From Nitrospirota bacterium (GTDB lineage: Bacteria; Nitrospirota; UBA9217): a DNA stretch of 64,000 nt. Position numbers and translations under genes: made by a program. Under the pieces are notes generated by a model. That model did no database searches, was not told the origin of the DNA, and worked only from the letters and a program-made list of their open reading frames with translations. Positions 30,219 to 40,201 of the stretch are shown here, piece by piece. How positions within the stretch are numbered: position 1 is the first letter of the stretch; each line of letters begins with the position of its first letter. The DNA lies in NCBI GenBank assembly GCA_963790205.1, contig CAWBNQ010000003.1, positions 672,001-736,000 on the forward strand, written 5' to 3'.

Positions 30219-30919
30219 TAGATGTAGCGAAAATAGACTACTGGGCAGCCAGCGGGTCCGGTCCTTTTCACCGGGCGTCCATCCTTTCCAAGTTTGTGTT
30301 TCTGCTGCTCGTGCTTGCTGCCGCACTTTCGGCAAAGAACTTTTTCCCGCTTGCGCTCGGATACGGAGTCATCGTGCTTGTTGCCGCCGCGGCGCGCCTC
30401 CCCTGGCTCCGGATCGTGGGACTTTCATTATATGCGGCGGTCTTTACGGTTCTCTATATGATCAGTCTCCGGGGCGGCGCGATGGCCCATGGTGTGCTGA
30501 TCGCAAAGGCAGTGACCCCCGCCCTGGCCGTGCTGATGATCATTGTCACTACGCCCTATCCCCGGATCTTTTCGCTGCTCAGCGCCGTTCTCCCCGAGGT
30601 CCTGGCAGCGGGATTGTTCATGACCTACCGGACGCTTTTCATACTCCTCGATATGATGGACAATTTTGTAGCGGCCATACGGCTGCGGGGCGGTTTCTCG
30701 CCGGGCAGCCTCTATAAGAACGGCGCTAATATATCGAAAGGCATCGGGATGCTGCTCGTGCGGGCCGTGGAGCGCTCCTCGCGCCTGTACGCAGTCATGG
30801 TGGTCCGCGGCTACAGCGGCAGCATGGCTGAAAAGGCCCCCGTGCGGCTGCACCGGGAAGACTGGCTGCCGCTGGGAACGGGCAGCATTATACTTTTGCT
30901 CGTACTTGTCTGGAAGTAG
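30215..30919 (+). CDS. cbiQ: ECF transporter transmembrane component CbiQ/EcfT
   Basis: TM protein with LRGG and VRGY coupling motifs; located between cbiM and the ATPase. Confidence 0.8.
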   Translation: MIDVAKIDYWAASGSGPFHRASILSKFVFLLLVLAAALSAKNFFPLALGYGVIVLVAAAARLPWLRIVGLSLYAAVFTVLYMISLRGGAMAHGVLIAKAVTPALAVLMIIVTTPYPRIFSLLSAVLPEVLAAGLFMTYRTLFILLDMMDNFVAAIRLRGGFSPGSLYKNGANISKGIGMLLVRAVERSSRLYAVMVVRGYSGSMAEKAPVRLHREDWLPLGTGSIILLLVLVWK

Positions 30920-31002
30920 GCGGTTTTCATTCGCGATCGATTGCGTGATTCGTAAAATTCGCAGCACCCTATTTGCTCTCGTTTCGTGCGGCAAAGGATC
31001 CA

Positions 31003-31839
31003 ATGGAATCTATCGTTACGGTAAGCTGTCTTAAACACACCTACCCCGACACGACCGAGATACACATGTGCGGTCTTGATTTCGTGGTGAACCGCGGAGA
31101 ACGCGTGGTGATCCTCGGCGGGAACGGCTCGGGCAAGACCACGCTGCTGTATCATGTCCTCGGCCTGCTCGCTCCGGACGAGGGCAAGGTGTCGGTGTTC
31201 GGCGTCAATCCCTCGGCCCGCTATAATACCATTCGGGAGCGGATCGGCGTGCTGCTCCAGAGCGTGGATGAACAGATCCTCTCACCTACGGTATGGGACG
31301 ATATCTCTTTTTCGCCGCGGAATTACGGCTATCAGAAGGAAGAAATCGAGACCATGGTCGAGCGGGTCATGTCGGAGCTCGGAATTCAGCATTTGCGCGA
31401 CAAGATATGTCATTATCTCTCGGGCGGAGAAAAAAGGAAGGTTGCGCTCGCCGGCGCGCTCGTCCTCCGTCCCGAACTCTTGATACTCGACGAACCGTTC
31501 GAAGGGCTGGACTCCCGCTCCCGGGCGGAACTGGTAACGCTCTTGAACACGCAGAACCGGGAAGGCATGACCATCGTCATGTCCACTCACGACCTCAACC
31601 TGGTAGCGAGTTTCGCCGACCGGGTCTACGTGCTGGCCAAGGGGCGGGGTGTGGTGACGGCCGGGACGCCCGCGGAGATATTCATGCAGGCCGACGCCCT
31701 GCGGGCCTCGAATATCGATCCGCCGCTCCTTACCGAGCTTTTTCTCAAGCTCCGGGAGCGCGGGGTGGCTGTGAATGTGCCGACCCTCGTGGACCAGGCC
31801 GTAAACGACCTGGTGCGTATCATCAGGTCGGGAGAATAA
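31003..31839 (+). CDS. cbiO: ECF transporter ATPase CbiO
   Basis: GGNGSGKTT, LSGGEKRKV, ILDEP, STHD. Confidence 0.88.
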   Translation: MESIVTVSCLKHTYPDTTEIHMCGLDFVVNRGERVVILGGNGSGKTTLLYHVLGLLAPDEGKVSVFGVNPSARYNTIRERIGVLLQSVDEQILSPTVWDDISFSPRNYGYQKEEIETMVERVMSELGIQHLRDKICHYLSGGEKRKVALAGALVLRPELLILDEPFEGLDSRSRAELVTLLNTQNREGMTIVMSTHDLNLVASFADRVYVLAKGRGVVTAGTPAEIFMQADALRASNIDPPLLTELFLKLRERGVAVNVPTLVDQAVNDLVRIIRSGE

Positions 31840-31951
31840 AGAGGGAAGCTTTTCTTGGATATCTTTCGGCTCTCATTCGTATGCGAAGCCGCGTTCAGAT
31901 AACGATGCACCATGCGACATCCGCCGGATGTCGGCGTCAGGGAGGGTAACC

Positions 31952-33196
31952 ATGCCGAATAGCACAGTTGAACATCGCACGGGAATTCTGATTTTATTTG
32001 TCGCGCTGGTCCTCGCTGTCGTCTGCGGGGCGTCGGCGGGATACTTTGTCGCAGGAGGACACAGCTCCGGGGTGGCCCTTTCCCTTGCCTTCCTGGTTCT
32101 CATCTCGCTCGTTGCCTACATCCTGTACAGAAAAACGATATTCCCTTACTATCGCCGTCTCGAGGATGCGAATCTCGAACTGAGCCTCAAACAGGAGGAG
32201 CTGCTCGATACCAAGGACGACCTCTTTATAAAGTTTCTCGGCGTTTACGACGTGAACTATGCGGCCAATTCGCCCCGCCTGTTCAAAAGCCGGATGAAAG
32301 ACGTCGCCGACATAACGGCCAGGGTCATGGAGGCCGATGCCTGCTTCATCTTCCTGTATGAGAAATCGAAAGACGAACTCTTGCTCGAGGCGACCAATAA
32401 GGACCAGGCCGATAGCGTAAAAAAAATCCGCATCCCGCTCGGCGAAGGCATCGAAGGATGGGTGGGGAGAAGACTCGAACCGGTCATGCTGAAAGACGTG
32501 CGGGGCGACTCTCGGTTCAAGGACAGCCCCGAGCTCGCGCTGTCCCGCTACACGGCCGTCTACGCTCTTCCGCTGTACGTGTATTCAAACGGCGCGCTCG
32601 TCGGCGTCATGGAGGTCCTCTACGCCAAGGCCCGGAGCTTTTCCGACGAAGAAATCAACTTTTTCACGACGCTCTCGGGCATCATTTCCACGACCATCCA
32701 GAACGAGCAGATGCAGGTGGAGCTCCGCAAGATGAATCTCGAGCTTGAACAATGGGTCGCCGAAAAGACCGAAGAACTCCGGGCCTCCGAAGAGCGCTAC
32801 CGGACGCTCGTGGAGAATGCCAGCGAGTCTATTTTTGTGCTTGCCGGAAACGGCGACATCGTATTCGCGAACGAGGAGGCGGCGCGCCTTACCGGCCATA
32901 CCAAGTATGACCTCCTGCACAAGAATTTGTTCGAGCTTTTTGTCGATCCTGTCCAGGCCAAAGGGGTCCTGTCGGACAGTGCACAGGGGCGCCAGGCCCT
33001 CAGGCACGGCGAGCTCCGGCGGATCGATGGCGCGCTCGTGCCCGTCGATTTGAGCGCCGTGGGGCTCACGCTCATGGGAAAACGCTTTGTCCAGTCCGTC
33101 GTAAGGGACATGTCCTCCCGCGCACGACTCGAAAAGCTCCTCAAAGAAAAAGAAAAAGAAATTGCGGCCCTCAAGTCGCGACAAGGTCTCTCGTAA
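31952..33196 (+). CDS. Membrane GAF + PAS sensor-like protein without a recognisable output domain
   Basis: 2 TM, coiled coil, GAF (GEGIEGWV...FSDEE), PAS (ERYRTLVENASESI), short C-terminal coil. Confidence 0.8.
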   Translation: MPNSTVEHRTGILILFVALVLAVVCGASAGYFVAGGHSSGVALSLAFLVLISLVAYILYRKTIFPYYRRLEDANLELSLKQEELLDTKDDLFIKFLGVYDVNYAANSPRLFKSRMKDVADITARVMEADACFIFLYEKSKDELLLEATNKDQADSVKKIRIPLGEGIEGWVGRRLEPVMLKDVRGDSRFKDSPELALSRYTAVYALPLYVYSNGALVGVMEVLYAKARSFSDEEINFFTTLSGIISTTIQNEQMQVELRKMNLELEQWVAEKTEELRASEERYRTLVENASESIFVLAGNGDIVFANEEAARLTGHTKYDLLHKNLFELFVDPVQAKGVLSDSAQGRQALRHGELRRIDGALVPVDLSAVGLTLMGKRFVQSVVRDMSSRARLEKLLKEKEKEIAALKSRQGLS

Positions 33197-33235
33197 AAAC
33201 CGTCCGTGAACGGGGCGGTCTCACCGATTTTTGCC

Positions 33236-33264
33236 TTTACATATTTTTTGCCTTATGGTATAAA
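33236..33264 (+). promoter_or_regulatory. Sigma70-type promoter of the lptCAB-rpoN operon
   Basis: TTTACA-N17-TATAAA with extended TG. Confidence 0.55.
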
Positions 33265-33330
33265 TTATGCATATGGCGGCCTGAACGGCCGCCATACTAA
33301 CTTGTGGATTCGTTCTCTTAATTTCATTAT

Positions 33331-33897
33331 ATGAAGGTAATCGGGAAACTTTTCAAGGTGCTCTCCGTACTTCTTGTTCTCTTCGCAATTTTCTACGGCG
33401 GTTACCTCTGGTTGCGCGGAGCGGATATGACCATGCCCTCCTTGTTTCAACCGGCCCCCGGCACGCGGCGGCTCATGAGCATGGAAGGCTTCCGGTTTAC
33501 GCAGTCCGAGCACGGCCGGATATCCTGGCGCATGCATGCCCGGCAGGCCGACCTCTACGAGAGTAAAGAAGCCCGGTTGAAAGACCTCGAAATCACTTTT
33601 TTTACCCCTGACAACCGGGAGGGTACGCTGACGGGGGATGCGGGTACCATGGATACGGCTACCGGCAATGCTTCGATCAGCAGCGTTTCCCGTGAAGTCC
33701 GGGTCGTGACCAGTGACGGGTATCTTCTGACGACCAACTCTCTTTTCTGGAATGCAGGCGAACGGCTTGTCCGGACGCCTGCCCCCTTTAAGCTGCTCGG
33801 CAGCGAAATTTATCTGGAAGGAAAGGGGCTTTCGGCGAATCTGGACACGCATACGATCGTGGTGAACAGCAATGTTAAAGCGGTACTTCAGGAATAG
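33331..33897 (+). CDS. lptC: LPS export protein LptC
   Basis: Single N-terminal TM, beta-jellyroll pattern, directly upstream of lptA/lptB. Confidence 0.85.
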   Translation: MKVIGKLFKVLSVLLVLFAIFYGGYLWLRGADMTMPSLFQPAPGTRRLMSMEGFRFTQSEHGRISWRMHARQADLYESKEARLKDLEITFFTPDNREGTLTGDAGTMDTATGNASISSVSREVRVVTSDGYLLTTNSLFWNAGERLVRTPAPFKLLGSEIYLEGKGLSANLDTHTIVVNSNVKAVLQE

Positions 33898-34372
33898 TCT
33901 GCTGATACTCGCCTCTCTGTTCCTGGCGGCGGCCACCCGAACGGACAACCCGGAAAAGGGGAAACGCGAACCCATCGTAATAACCTCGAGCCATATGGAG
34001 GCCGATAAGCTCGGTGACAAGGTGACCTTTACGGGCGATGTGGTCCTTAAAAAGGAAGGCATGACGCTCTATTCGGATTCGATGATCGTGTTTTACGATG
34101 TTCCGACAAAGGGTATCAAGGAAATAGAGGCCCTCGGCAACGTTGTCGTGCGCAAGGAGGGCAGGGTGGCGCTCTCAGACAAGGCGTCCTACTACAGCCG
34201 AGAAGAAAAGATCGTCCTTACCGGCGATGCCCGTATCGTCGAGAACGAGAACCAGCTGGGCGGCAAGCGCATCACGTTGTTCATGCGTGACGACCGAAGC
34301 ATCGTCGAAGGCGGCAACGTGCTGTTTTACCCGGATAAGAACAAACAGCCGGAAAGCAGAAGGGGGAAATAA
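33872..34372 (+). CDS. lptA: LPS transport periplasmic protein LptA
   Basis: PIVITS...FTGDVV...ALGNV...IVLTGDA OstA-like pattern. Confidence 0.85.
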   Translation: MLKRYFRNSLLILASLFLAAATRTDNPEKGKREPIVITSSHMEADKLGDKVTFTGDVVLKKEGMTLYSDSMIVFYDVPTKGIKEIEALGNVVVRKEGRVALSDKASYYSREEKIVLTGDARIVENENQLGGKRITLFMRDDRSIVEGGNVLFYPDKNKQPESRRGK

Positions 34373-34384
34373 GTTTCATTGGCT

Positions 34385-35110
34385 ATGACCCAGGCGCTGG
34401 AAGCAAAAAAACTGGAGAAGACCTACCGCGGGAGAAAGATCGTCCGCGGCGTCAGCGTCCAGGTAAAATTCGGGGAAGTGGTGGGACTGCTCGGTCCAAA
34501 CGGCGCGGGCAAGACGACGACGTTTTACATGGTTGTCGGCCTGGTCAAGCCGGACCAGGGCCGGGTGATCCTCGATGGAACGGACATCACCAAAATGCCG
34601 ATGTATCAGCGGGCACGGCACGGCATCGGATATCTTCCTCAGGAGCCGTCGGTCTTCAGGAAGCTGAGCGTGGGGGACAACCTGATGGCCATCCTCGAGA
34701 CCATGGATATTTCAGCGATCGAGCGCGAGGAGCGTAAGGAGAACCTGCTGCAAGAACTGGGAATCGAGCACCTGGCGAAAAGCAAGGCGTATACCCTTTC
34801 GGGAGGAGAACGGCGACGGCTCGAGATCGCACGGGCGCTCACGCTCTCCCCCAAATTCATCCTCCTCGACGAGCCCTTCGCCGGCATCGACCCGCTCGCG
34901 GTCCAGGACATCCAGGGGATCATCTCGCTTCTGAAAAGCAAGGGAATCGGCATCCTGATCACCGACCACAACGTGAGGGAAACCCTTGCGATTACCGATC
35001 GAGCTTACATCATCAGTGAAGGCAGAATTATCGAAGCGGGGACCCCGGCTGAGATCACCGCGAGCCCGCGCGTCCGGGAATTTTATCTCGGCGAGGGTTT
35101 TCGGTTATAG
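34385..35110 (+). CDS. lptB: LPS export ATP-binding protein LptB
   Basis: [44 protein letters not shown]. Confidence 0.96.
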   Translation: MTQALEAKKLEKTYRGRKIVRGVSVQVKFGEVVGLLGPNGAGKTTTFYMVVGLVKPDQGRVILDGTDITKMPMYQRARHGIGYLPQEPSVFRKLSVGDNLMAILETMDISAIEREERKENLLQELGIEHLAKSKAYTLSGGERRRLEIARALTLSPKFILLDEPFAGIDPLAVQDIQGIISLLKSKGIGILITDHNVRETLAITDRAYIISEGRIIEAGTPAEITASPRVREFYLGEGFRL

Positions 35111-35128
35111 TTATACTCTATATATAGA

Positions 35129-35273
35129 TGATGGTCTCGTAAGAAGTCTCCTCTGCCGTCATTGCGAGGAGCGGAACGACGCGGCAATCTCGTTTTTTCA
35201 GGCGGTTACGAACTGCGAGATTGCTTCGCTTTGCTCGCAAAGACGGCTTAAAGGACTTTTTACGAACACATCA
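35129..35273. repeat. Nested palindromic elements (MITE-like shell around a GTCATTGCGAG...CTCGCAAAGAC REP-like core)
   Basis: Outer TGATGGTCTCGTAAGAAGTC / GACTTTTTACGAACACATCA; inner CCGTCATTGCGAG...GCAATCTCG / CGAGATTGC...CTCGCAAAGACGG. Confidence 0.8.
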
Positions 35274-35323
35274 ACAATAGTGAGCCCACGCATGTCCGCA
35301 CTTCAAACAATGAAAGTGTCACT

Positions 35324-36799
35324 ATGGAAGCACGTCTCGAACTAAGACTTTCACAAAAGCTCATCATGACGCCGCAGCTTCAGCAAGCCATCAAGCTGCT
35401 GCAGTTGTCACGCCTTGAACTGGTGCAGTCGGTCGCTCAGGAGCTTACCGAGAACCCCGTCCTGGAGGAGTTGTCCCCGGAGTCGCCGGAGGACGCCCCG
35501 GAAGGGGAGAGCGAGGCCGCGGCGGAAGCGCCGGCCGCGGCGGAAGCGCTGCCCGAGAGCGCGCCCGAGCAGGAAGGCGCGCAGGAACTTAAGAGCGATC
35601 TCGAACTCGGACCGCAGTGGGACGAATACTTAAATGAAATGGGAGACGGCCGCGACTACGGCTCCGCGGAAGCCGACGACAAGGAACTGCCCTCCTACGA
35701 TCAGACGCTTACGCGGCTCCCCTCGCTCAGCGATCACCTGCGGTGGCAGCTCCACCTTTCCACCTCGGACCCGGCCATCGTCAGGGGAGGAGAGTGGATC
35801 ATCGGCAATCTGGACGACGACGGCTATCTCCGGGCCTCGCTTGACGAACTGAGCCAACAGTCCGAGATCGCCGTCCATGACATGCAACGCGCTCTTGACC
35901 ATATCCAGGGTTTCGACCCCCTGGGAGTGGGGGCGCGGGACCTGCGGGAATGCCTGTTGATCCAGGCGAGACAGCTGGACCTCGGCGGCTCGCTCGTGGA
36001 AAAGATCATCCTGGGCCATCTCCCCGATTTAGAGAAACGGAAATATCCGCAGATCGCCAAGGCGCTCGCTGTGACGCCCCAGGAAGTCATGGAGGCGTCA
36101 CAGGTCATCATCCACGAGCTGGAACCCAAACCGGGACGGCCGTACCTCACGTCGGAAACGAACTATGTAACGCCCGACGTGTACGTGCTCAAGGTGGAAG
36201 ACCGTTACGTGGTGCAGCTCAACGATGAAGGGCTCCCCCGGGTGCGCATCAATCCCTATTACCGGAAGCTTTTGAGCAGCAAGGACAGCGTGGACAAGGT
36301 CACGAAGGAATACATCGAAGAGCGGCTGCGCTCGGCGCAGTGGTTGATCAAGGGCATGGAGCAGCGCAGCAAAACCATCTATAGGGTGGCGGAGAGTATC
36401 GTCAAGTTCCAGACCGAGTTCCTGGACCAGGGCATTTCCCATCTCAAGCCCATGGTTTTGAAAGGCGTGGCGGAGGACATCGGCATGCACGAATCCACCA
36501 TCAGCCGTGTAACGACGAACAAGTACATGCACACGCCGCAGGGCATATTCCCGATGAAGTTTTTCTTTACCACCGGATTTTCCGTCGGGGCCGGTTCAGG
36601 GACTGAGATTTCCTCGCTCACGGTCAAGGACGTCATCCAGAAGATGATCAAGGAGGAAGACCTCGCGGCGCCGCTCAAGGACCAACAGATAGTCGATGCT
36701 TTGAAAGCGAAGGGAATCGACATCGCCAGGAGGACCGTGGCGAAATACCGGGAGGAACTCAGGATACCGCCGACGAGCGTCCGGAAAAGGATCGGATGA
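35324..36799 (+). CDS. rpoN: RNA polymerase sigma-54 factor
   Basis: MTPQLQQAIKLLQL, HESTISR, RpoN box ARRTVAKYR. Confidence 0.98.
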   Translation: MEARLELRLSQKLIMTPQLQQAIKLLQLSRLELVQSVAQELTENPVLEELSPESPEDAPEGESEAAAEAPAAAEALPESAPEQEGAQELKSDLELGPQWDEYLNEMGDGRDYGSAEADDKELPSYDQTLTRLPSLSDHLRWQLHLSTSDPAIVRGGEWIIGNLDDDGYLRASLDELSQQSEIAVHDMQRALDHIQGFDPLGVGARDLRECLLIQARQLDLGGSLVEKIILGHLPDLEKRKYPQIAKALAVTPQEVMEASQVIIHELEPKPGRPYLTSETNYVTPDVYVLKVEDRYVVQLNDEGLPRVRINPYYRKLLSSKDSVDKVTKEYIEERLRSAQWLIKGMEQRSKTIYRVAESIVKFQTEFLDQGISHLKPMVLKGVAEDIGMHESTISRVTTNKYMHTPQGIFPMKFFFTTGFSVGAGSGTEISSLTVKDVIQKMIKEEDLAAPLKDQQIVDALKAKGIDIARRTVAKYREELRIPPTSVRKRIG

Positions 36800-36935
36800 A
36801 TAAAGCAAGCACCACGTTCCAAACGCCAGTTTCCAAATAATTTCAATGCCAGAAATTCGAATGGCCACAACGGATTAGGAACTTTGAGCGTTTGAATTTA
36901 TTTGTGATTTGGGGTTTAGAGGTCTGAATTCGCGA
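36800..36935. repeat. Heptamer-periodic imperfect hairpin between rpoN and hpf
   Basis: ...TTCCAAACGCCAGTTTCCAAATAATTTCAA ... TTTGAATTTATTTGTGATTTGGGGTTTAG; same style as 25427-25510. Confidence 0.55.
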
Positions 36936-36953
36936 ACATCTAAGGAGGTTGCC

Positions 36954-37484
36954 ATGCAGGTTACGGTCAACGGAAGGCACATCGAGGTCACGGACTCACT
37001 CAAACAGTATGCAACGGAAAAGTTCGGCAGATTGGATAAGTATCTGCCGAAGGCCGTCCAGGCGATCATTACTCTTTCGGTGGTTAAAAAGGTCCACCAT
37101 ACAGCCGAGGCGGTCATAAAATCCAACGGCCTGCTGATCCAGGCGTCGGAGGAAACCGAAGAGATGTATTCAGCCATCGACTTGCTGATCGAGAAAATCG
37201 AGCGGAGAGTGAGGCGGTACAAGGAAAAACTGGTCGACCATAAACACCAGGGCAACAAGGGGGAGGCCGCGCTGTCATCGGCGCCGCCGTTCGAGGACCG
37301 CGTTCCGCAGATCATCAGGACCAAACGCTTCGATCTCAAGCCGATGCTCCCCGAAGAAGCCGTAATGCAGATGGAGCTGCTGGACAAGGATTTCTTCATC
37401 TTTGCAAATGCAGGCAGCGGGCTCGTGAACGTCATTTATAAAAGGAAAGACGGGAACGTGGGATTGATAGAGCCGGCTGCGTAA
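36954..37484 (+). CDS. hpf: Ribosome hibernation promoting factor (long HPF)
   Basis: GRHIEVTDSLK, MYSAID, KPMLPEEAVMQM, VIYKRKDG. Confidence 0.93.
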   Translation: MQVTVNGRHIEVTDSLKQYATEKFGRLDKYLPKAVQAIITLSVVKKVHHTAEAVIKSNGLLIQASEETEEMYSAIDLLIEKIERRVRRYKEKLVDHKHQGNKGEAALSSAPPFEDRVPQIIRTKRFDLKPMLPEEAVMQMELLDKDFFIFANAGSGLVNVIYKRKDGNVGLIEPAA

Positions 37485-37494
37485 GGACGGGCAC

Positions 37495-37968
37495 ATGGCC
37501 AAAATTAAGGACCTGCTGCAGGATGATCTGGTCCTCGAAGAGCTTCAAGCGACAGACAAGATAGGGGTCCTTCGGGAATTCGCCTCACACCTCAAACGCG
37601 CCGGAAAGGTCGCTGACGCGGATGAACTTCTCCGCGTGCTTGTCGAACGGGAGTCTCTCGGCAGCACGGGCATCGGCGACGGCGTCGCCATCCCGCACGG
37701 GAAACTGGGCGTTCTCCGCGACATGATCGTCGCCTTCGGCCGGTCGAGCAGCGGCGTAGACTTCCAGTCGATGGATTGCAAGCCGGCGCATCTTTTTTTT
37801 CTGCTCGTCACGCCCGCGGACAGGCCGGGGGACCATTTGAAGACGCTCGCCCGCATTTCCCGTATCCTTAAAAACCCGGTGTTCCGGGACAACCTGAAAC
37901 ACGCCGCTTACCGGCAGGAGCTCCAACGGCTGATATGCGAAGAGGACAGCAAGTATCCGCAAAAATGA
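37495..37968 (+). CDS. ptsN: PTS IIA(Ntr)-like protein
   Basis: RESLGSTGIGDGVAIPHG. Confidence 0.9.
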   Translation: MAKIKDLLQDDLVLEELQATDKIGVLREFASHLKRAGKVADADELLRVLVERESLGSTGIGDGVAIPHGKLGVLRDMIVAFGRSSSGVDFQSMDCKPAHLFFLLVTPADRPGDHLKTLARISRILKNPVFRDNLKHAAYRQELQRLICEEDSKYPQK

Positions 37969-38849
37969 AGATCACGGTAAAAGATCTTGCAGGGAGGGCG
38001 GCGGTGCTGGCAGGCGTCGCCGGACTCGGCGCGCAGATCGTCTCTCCGCAAGTGAGCGCGCCCGACCTCTCTTCCGTGACCTCCTGGCGCGACATCACCT
38101 CAAGCGTCGTACATCTGAAACCGGGTCAGCTGGCGTACCTTGCGTCCTTGCCGTCCGGCGAGCGGCTCAGCATTGTGCGCGCCCTCCTGCGGCAGAAGCC
38201 CGCCTGCCTTGTGGTGACCGGCGGGAGCGTTTCCGCGGAGCTGATCGATAAAGCGGAGGCCGCGAAGGTTCCCGTGTTCCGGAGCAGGAGCCTGCCGAGA
38301 CTGGCCAAAACCCTTGTCGAACGACTGACGCCGTGGGTCAGCCTGCACGGCGTGCTGGTGCAGATCTTCGGTCTCGGCACGCTCATTGTCGGCGAGAGCG
38401 CCATCGGGAAGAGCGAGGCGGCCCTCGATCTGGTCCTTCGCGGGCATAAGCTTATAGCCGACGACGTGGTGATCCTCGAACGGACCAACGGCGGCATAAC
38501 CGGCCGTCCGACGGACATGGGCGCCGACCTGCTGCAGATCCGCGGGCTCGGCATCATCGACATCCGGGCACTGTACGGCGAGTCGGCGACCGCGGGCCTC
38601 TGCACGATCGGCCTCGTGGTGGAGCTCGAAGAGTGGAGAAAAGGGCAGCATTACAGCCTGATCGGACTTCGCGAACGCCGCTACAAATTGTTCGGAATGA
38701 ACCTTCCGTATCTCAAACTGCCGGTGAAAACAGGGCGCAATATGGCGACGCTCATCGAGGTCGCCGCCAGGAACCAGATGCTCAAGAACCGCGGCATTTA
38801 TACAGCCCGGGACCTGCACCGCAAACTCGTCAAGAGGCTCGCGGGATGA
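37965..38849 (+). CDS. hprK: HPr kinase/phosphorylase
   Basis: LHGVLV, GESAIGKSE, LIADD, IRGLGII, GRNMATLIEVAARN. Confidence 0.9.
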   Translation: MKITVKDLAGRAAVLAGVAGLGAQIVSPQVSAPDLSSVTSWRDITSSVVHLKPGQLAYLASLPSGERLSIVRALLRQKPACLVVTGGSVSAELIDKAEAAKVPVFRSRSLPRLAKTLVERLTPWVSLHGVLVQIFGLGTLIVGESAIGKSEAALDLVLRGHKLIADDVVILERTNGGITGRPTDMGADLLQIRGLGIIDIRALYGESATAGLCTIGLVVELEEWRKGQHYSLIGLRERRYKLFGMNLPYLKLPVKTGRNMATLIEVAARNQMLKNRGIYTARDLHRKLVKRLAG

Positions 38850-39712
38850 AACAGGAGCGCATGGTAATCGTTACCGGGCTTTCAGGTTCAGGCCGGAGCG
38901 CTGCACTCAAGGCCTTTGAAGACATAGGATACTACTGTGTCGACAACCTCCCGCTTGTTCTGCTGTCCGCGTTCTCCGAGTTTGCCCGGGGGGCCGAGGA
39001 AGCGGTGCGCTCCGCAATCGGCATCGACATCCGGGAAAAGGATTTTCCCATACGGTTCCCGGCCCTCTATGGAGACCTTAAGGCCGGCGGCAGCGCCACG
39101 GAGTTGCTGTTCCTGGATGCGTCTGACCAAACGCTCGTGCGCCGCTTCAGCGAGACGAGGAGGCCGCATCCTCTCGCCCGGGGGGCCACGCCCCTTCTCG
39201 ACGGCATCAGGGCGGAGCGGACAGCGCTCGGCGAGGTCAAAAAACTTGCCGACCGCATCATTGATACGTCGGACTACACGGTCCACGACCTGCGCCAGGC
39301 GATAGAGCGCCGCTATGCCGAAGACGCCGCCGGCAGGCCCATGGTGATCACCCTCGTCACCTTCGGGTACAAGTACGGGATGCCCTATGACCTGGACCTG
39401 ATGTTCGATTTGCGGTTCCTCCCGAACCCGCATTTTATGCCGGAACTCCGGGAGCGCACCGGCGAGGACCAGCGGGTGAGGGATTATGTTACGGCAAAAG
39501 CCGATGCAACGGAGTTCATTTCCAGGCTGGAGGAGTTTCTCGAATATCTTCTGCCGCGCTACCGGCGCGAAGGGAAGAGCTATCTTACCATCGGTTTCGG
39601 CTGCACCGGAGGCAGGCACCGCTCGGTCGCGGTGGCGCTCATGATCGCCGATCGGCTCAGAGGAGAAGGATACGAGGTGAACGTCAAACACCGGGACATC
39701 GGGGTAGGCTGA
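38846..39712 (+). CDS. rapZ: RNase adaptor / P-loop protein RapZ (YvcJ/YhbJ)
   Basis: TGLSGSG, CVDNLP, RRFSETRRPHPL, FLPNP, GCTGGRHRSV. Confidence 0.95.
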   Translation: MKQERMVIVTGLSGSGRSAALKAFEDIGYYCVDNLPLVLLSAFSEFARGAEEAVRSAIGIDIREKDFPIRFPALYGDLKAGGSATELLFLDASDQTLVRRFSETRRPHPLARGATPLLDGIRAERTALGEVKKLADRIIDTSDYTVHDLRQAIERRYAEDAAGRPMVITLVTFGYKYGMPYDLDLMFDLRFLPNPHFMPELRERTGEDQRVRDYVTAKADATEFISRLEEFLEYLLPRYRREGKSYLTIGFGCTGGRHRSVAVALMIADRLRGEGYEVNVKHRDIGVG

Positions 39713-39713
39713 A

Positions 39714-39780
39714 TCAATTGCGGAAAGCGGAATGCGGATTGTAAAATTTGCAAACCCGGATCCGAAATCCGAGATTGAAA
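39714..39780. repeat. GCGGAAT-type heptamer hairpin between rapZ and EIIA
   Basis: TTGCGGAAAGCGGAATGCGGATT ... ATCCGAAATCCGAGATTG. Confidence 0.6.
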
Positions 39781-39793
39781 GGAGAGGTGGGGA

Positions 39794-40195
39794 ATGATCG
39801 GATTAGTCGTGGTGTGTCATGAAGATATGGGCGCGGAACTGGTGAAGGCCGCTGAGATGATCGTGGGCAAGATCGAAGCGGTGGCGACGGTGAGCGTGAA
39901 ACAGGAGAGCGCGCCGGAAATGCTCAGAAACGAGATCCAATCCGCCATCAAGCAAGTCGACCGGAAGAAGGGCGTCATGCTCTTTACCGATATGTTCGGC
40001 GGGACCCCCTCCAACATCGCCCTCGCCTTCCTCGGGGAGGCCGTGGAGGTCGTGACCGGCGTCAACCTCTCGATGCTGATCAAGTTCGCGAACCACCGTG
40101 ATGAGAAGACGCTGTCCGAACTCGCAAAGGTCGTACAGGAGGCGGCGCAGAAGAGCATCGTGATCGCAAGCCAGATGCTCAAGGGGAAAAAATAA
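39794..40195 (+). CDS. PTS mannose-family EIIA
   Basis: VVVCHE, TDMFGGTPSN, TGVNLSML. Confidence 0.92.
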   Translation: MIGLVVVCHEDMGAELVKAAEMIVGKIEAVATVSVKQESAPEMLRNEIQSAIKQVDRKKGVMLFTDMFGGTPSNIALAFLGEAVEVVTGVNLSMLIKFANHRDEKTLSELAKVVQEAAQKSIVIASQMLKGKK

Positions 40196-40201
40196 CGGTC
40201 C

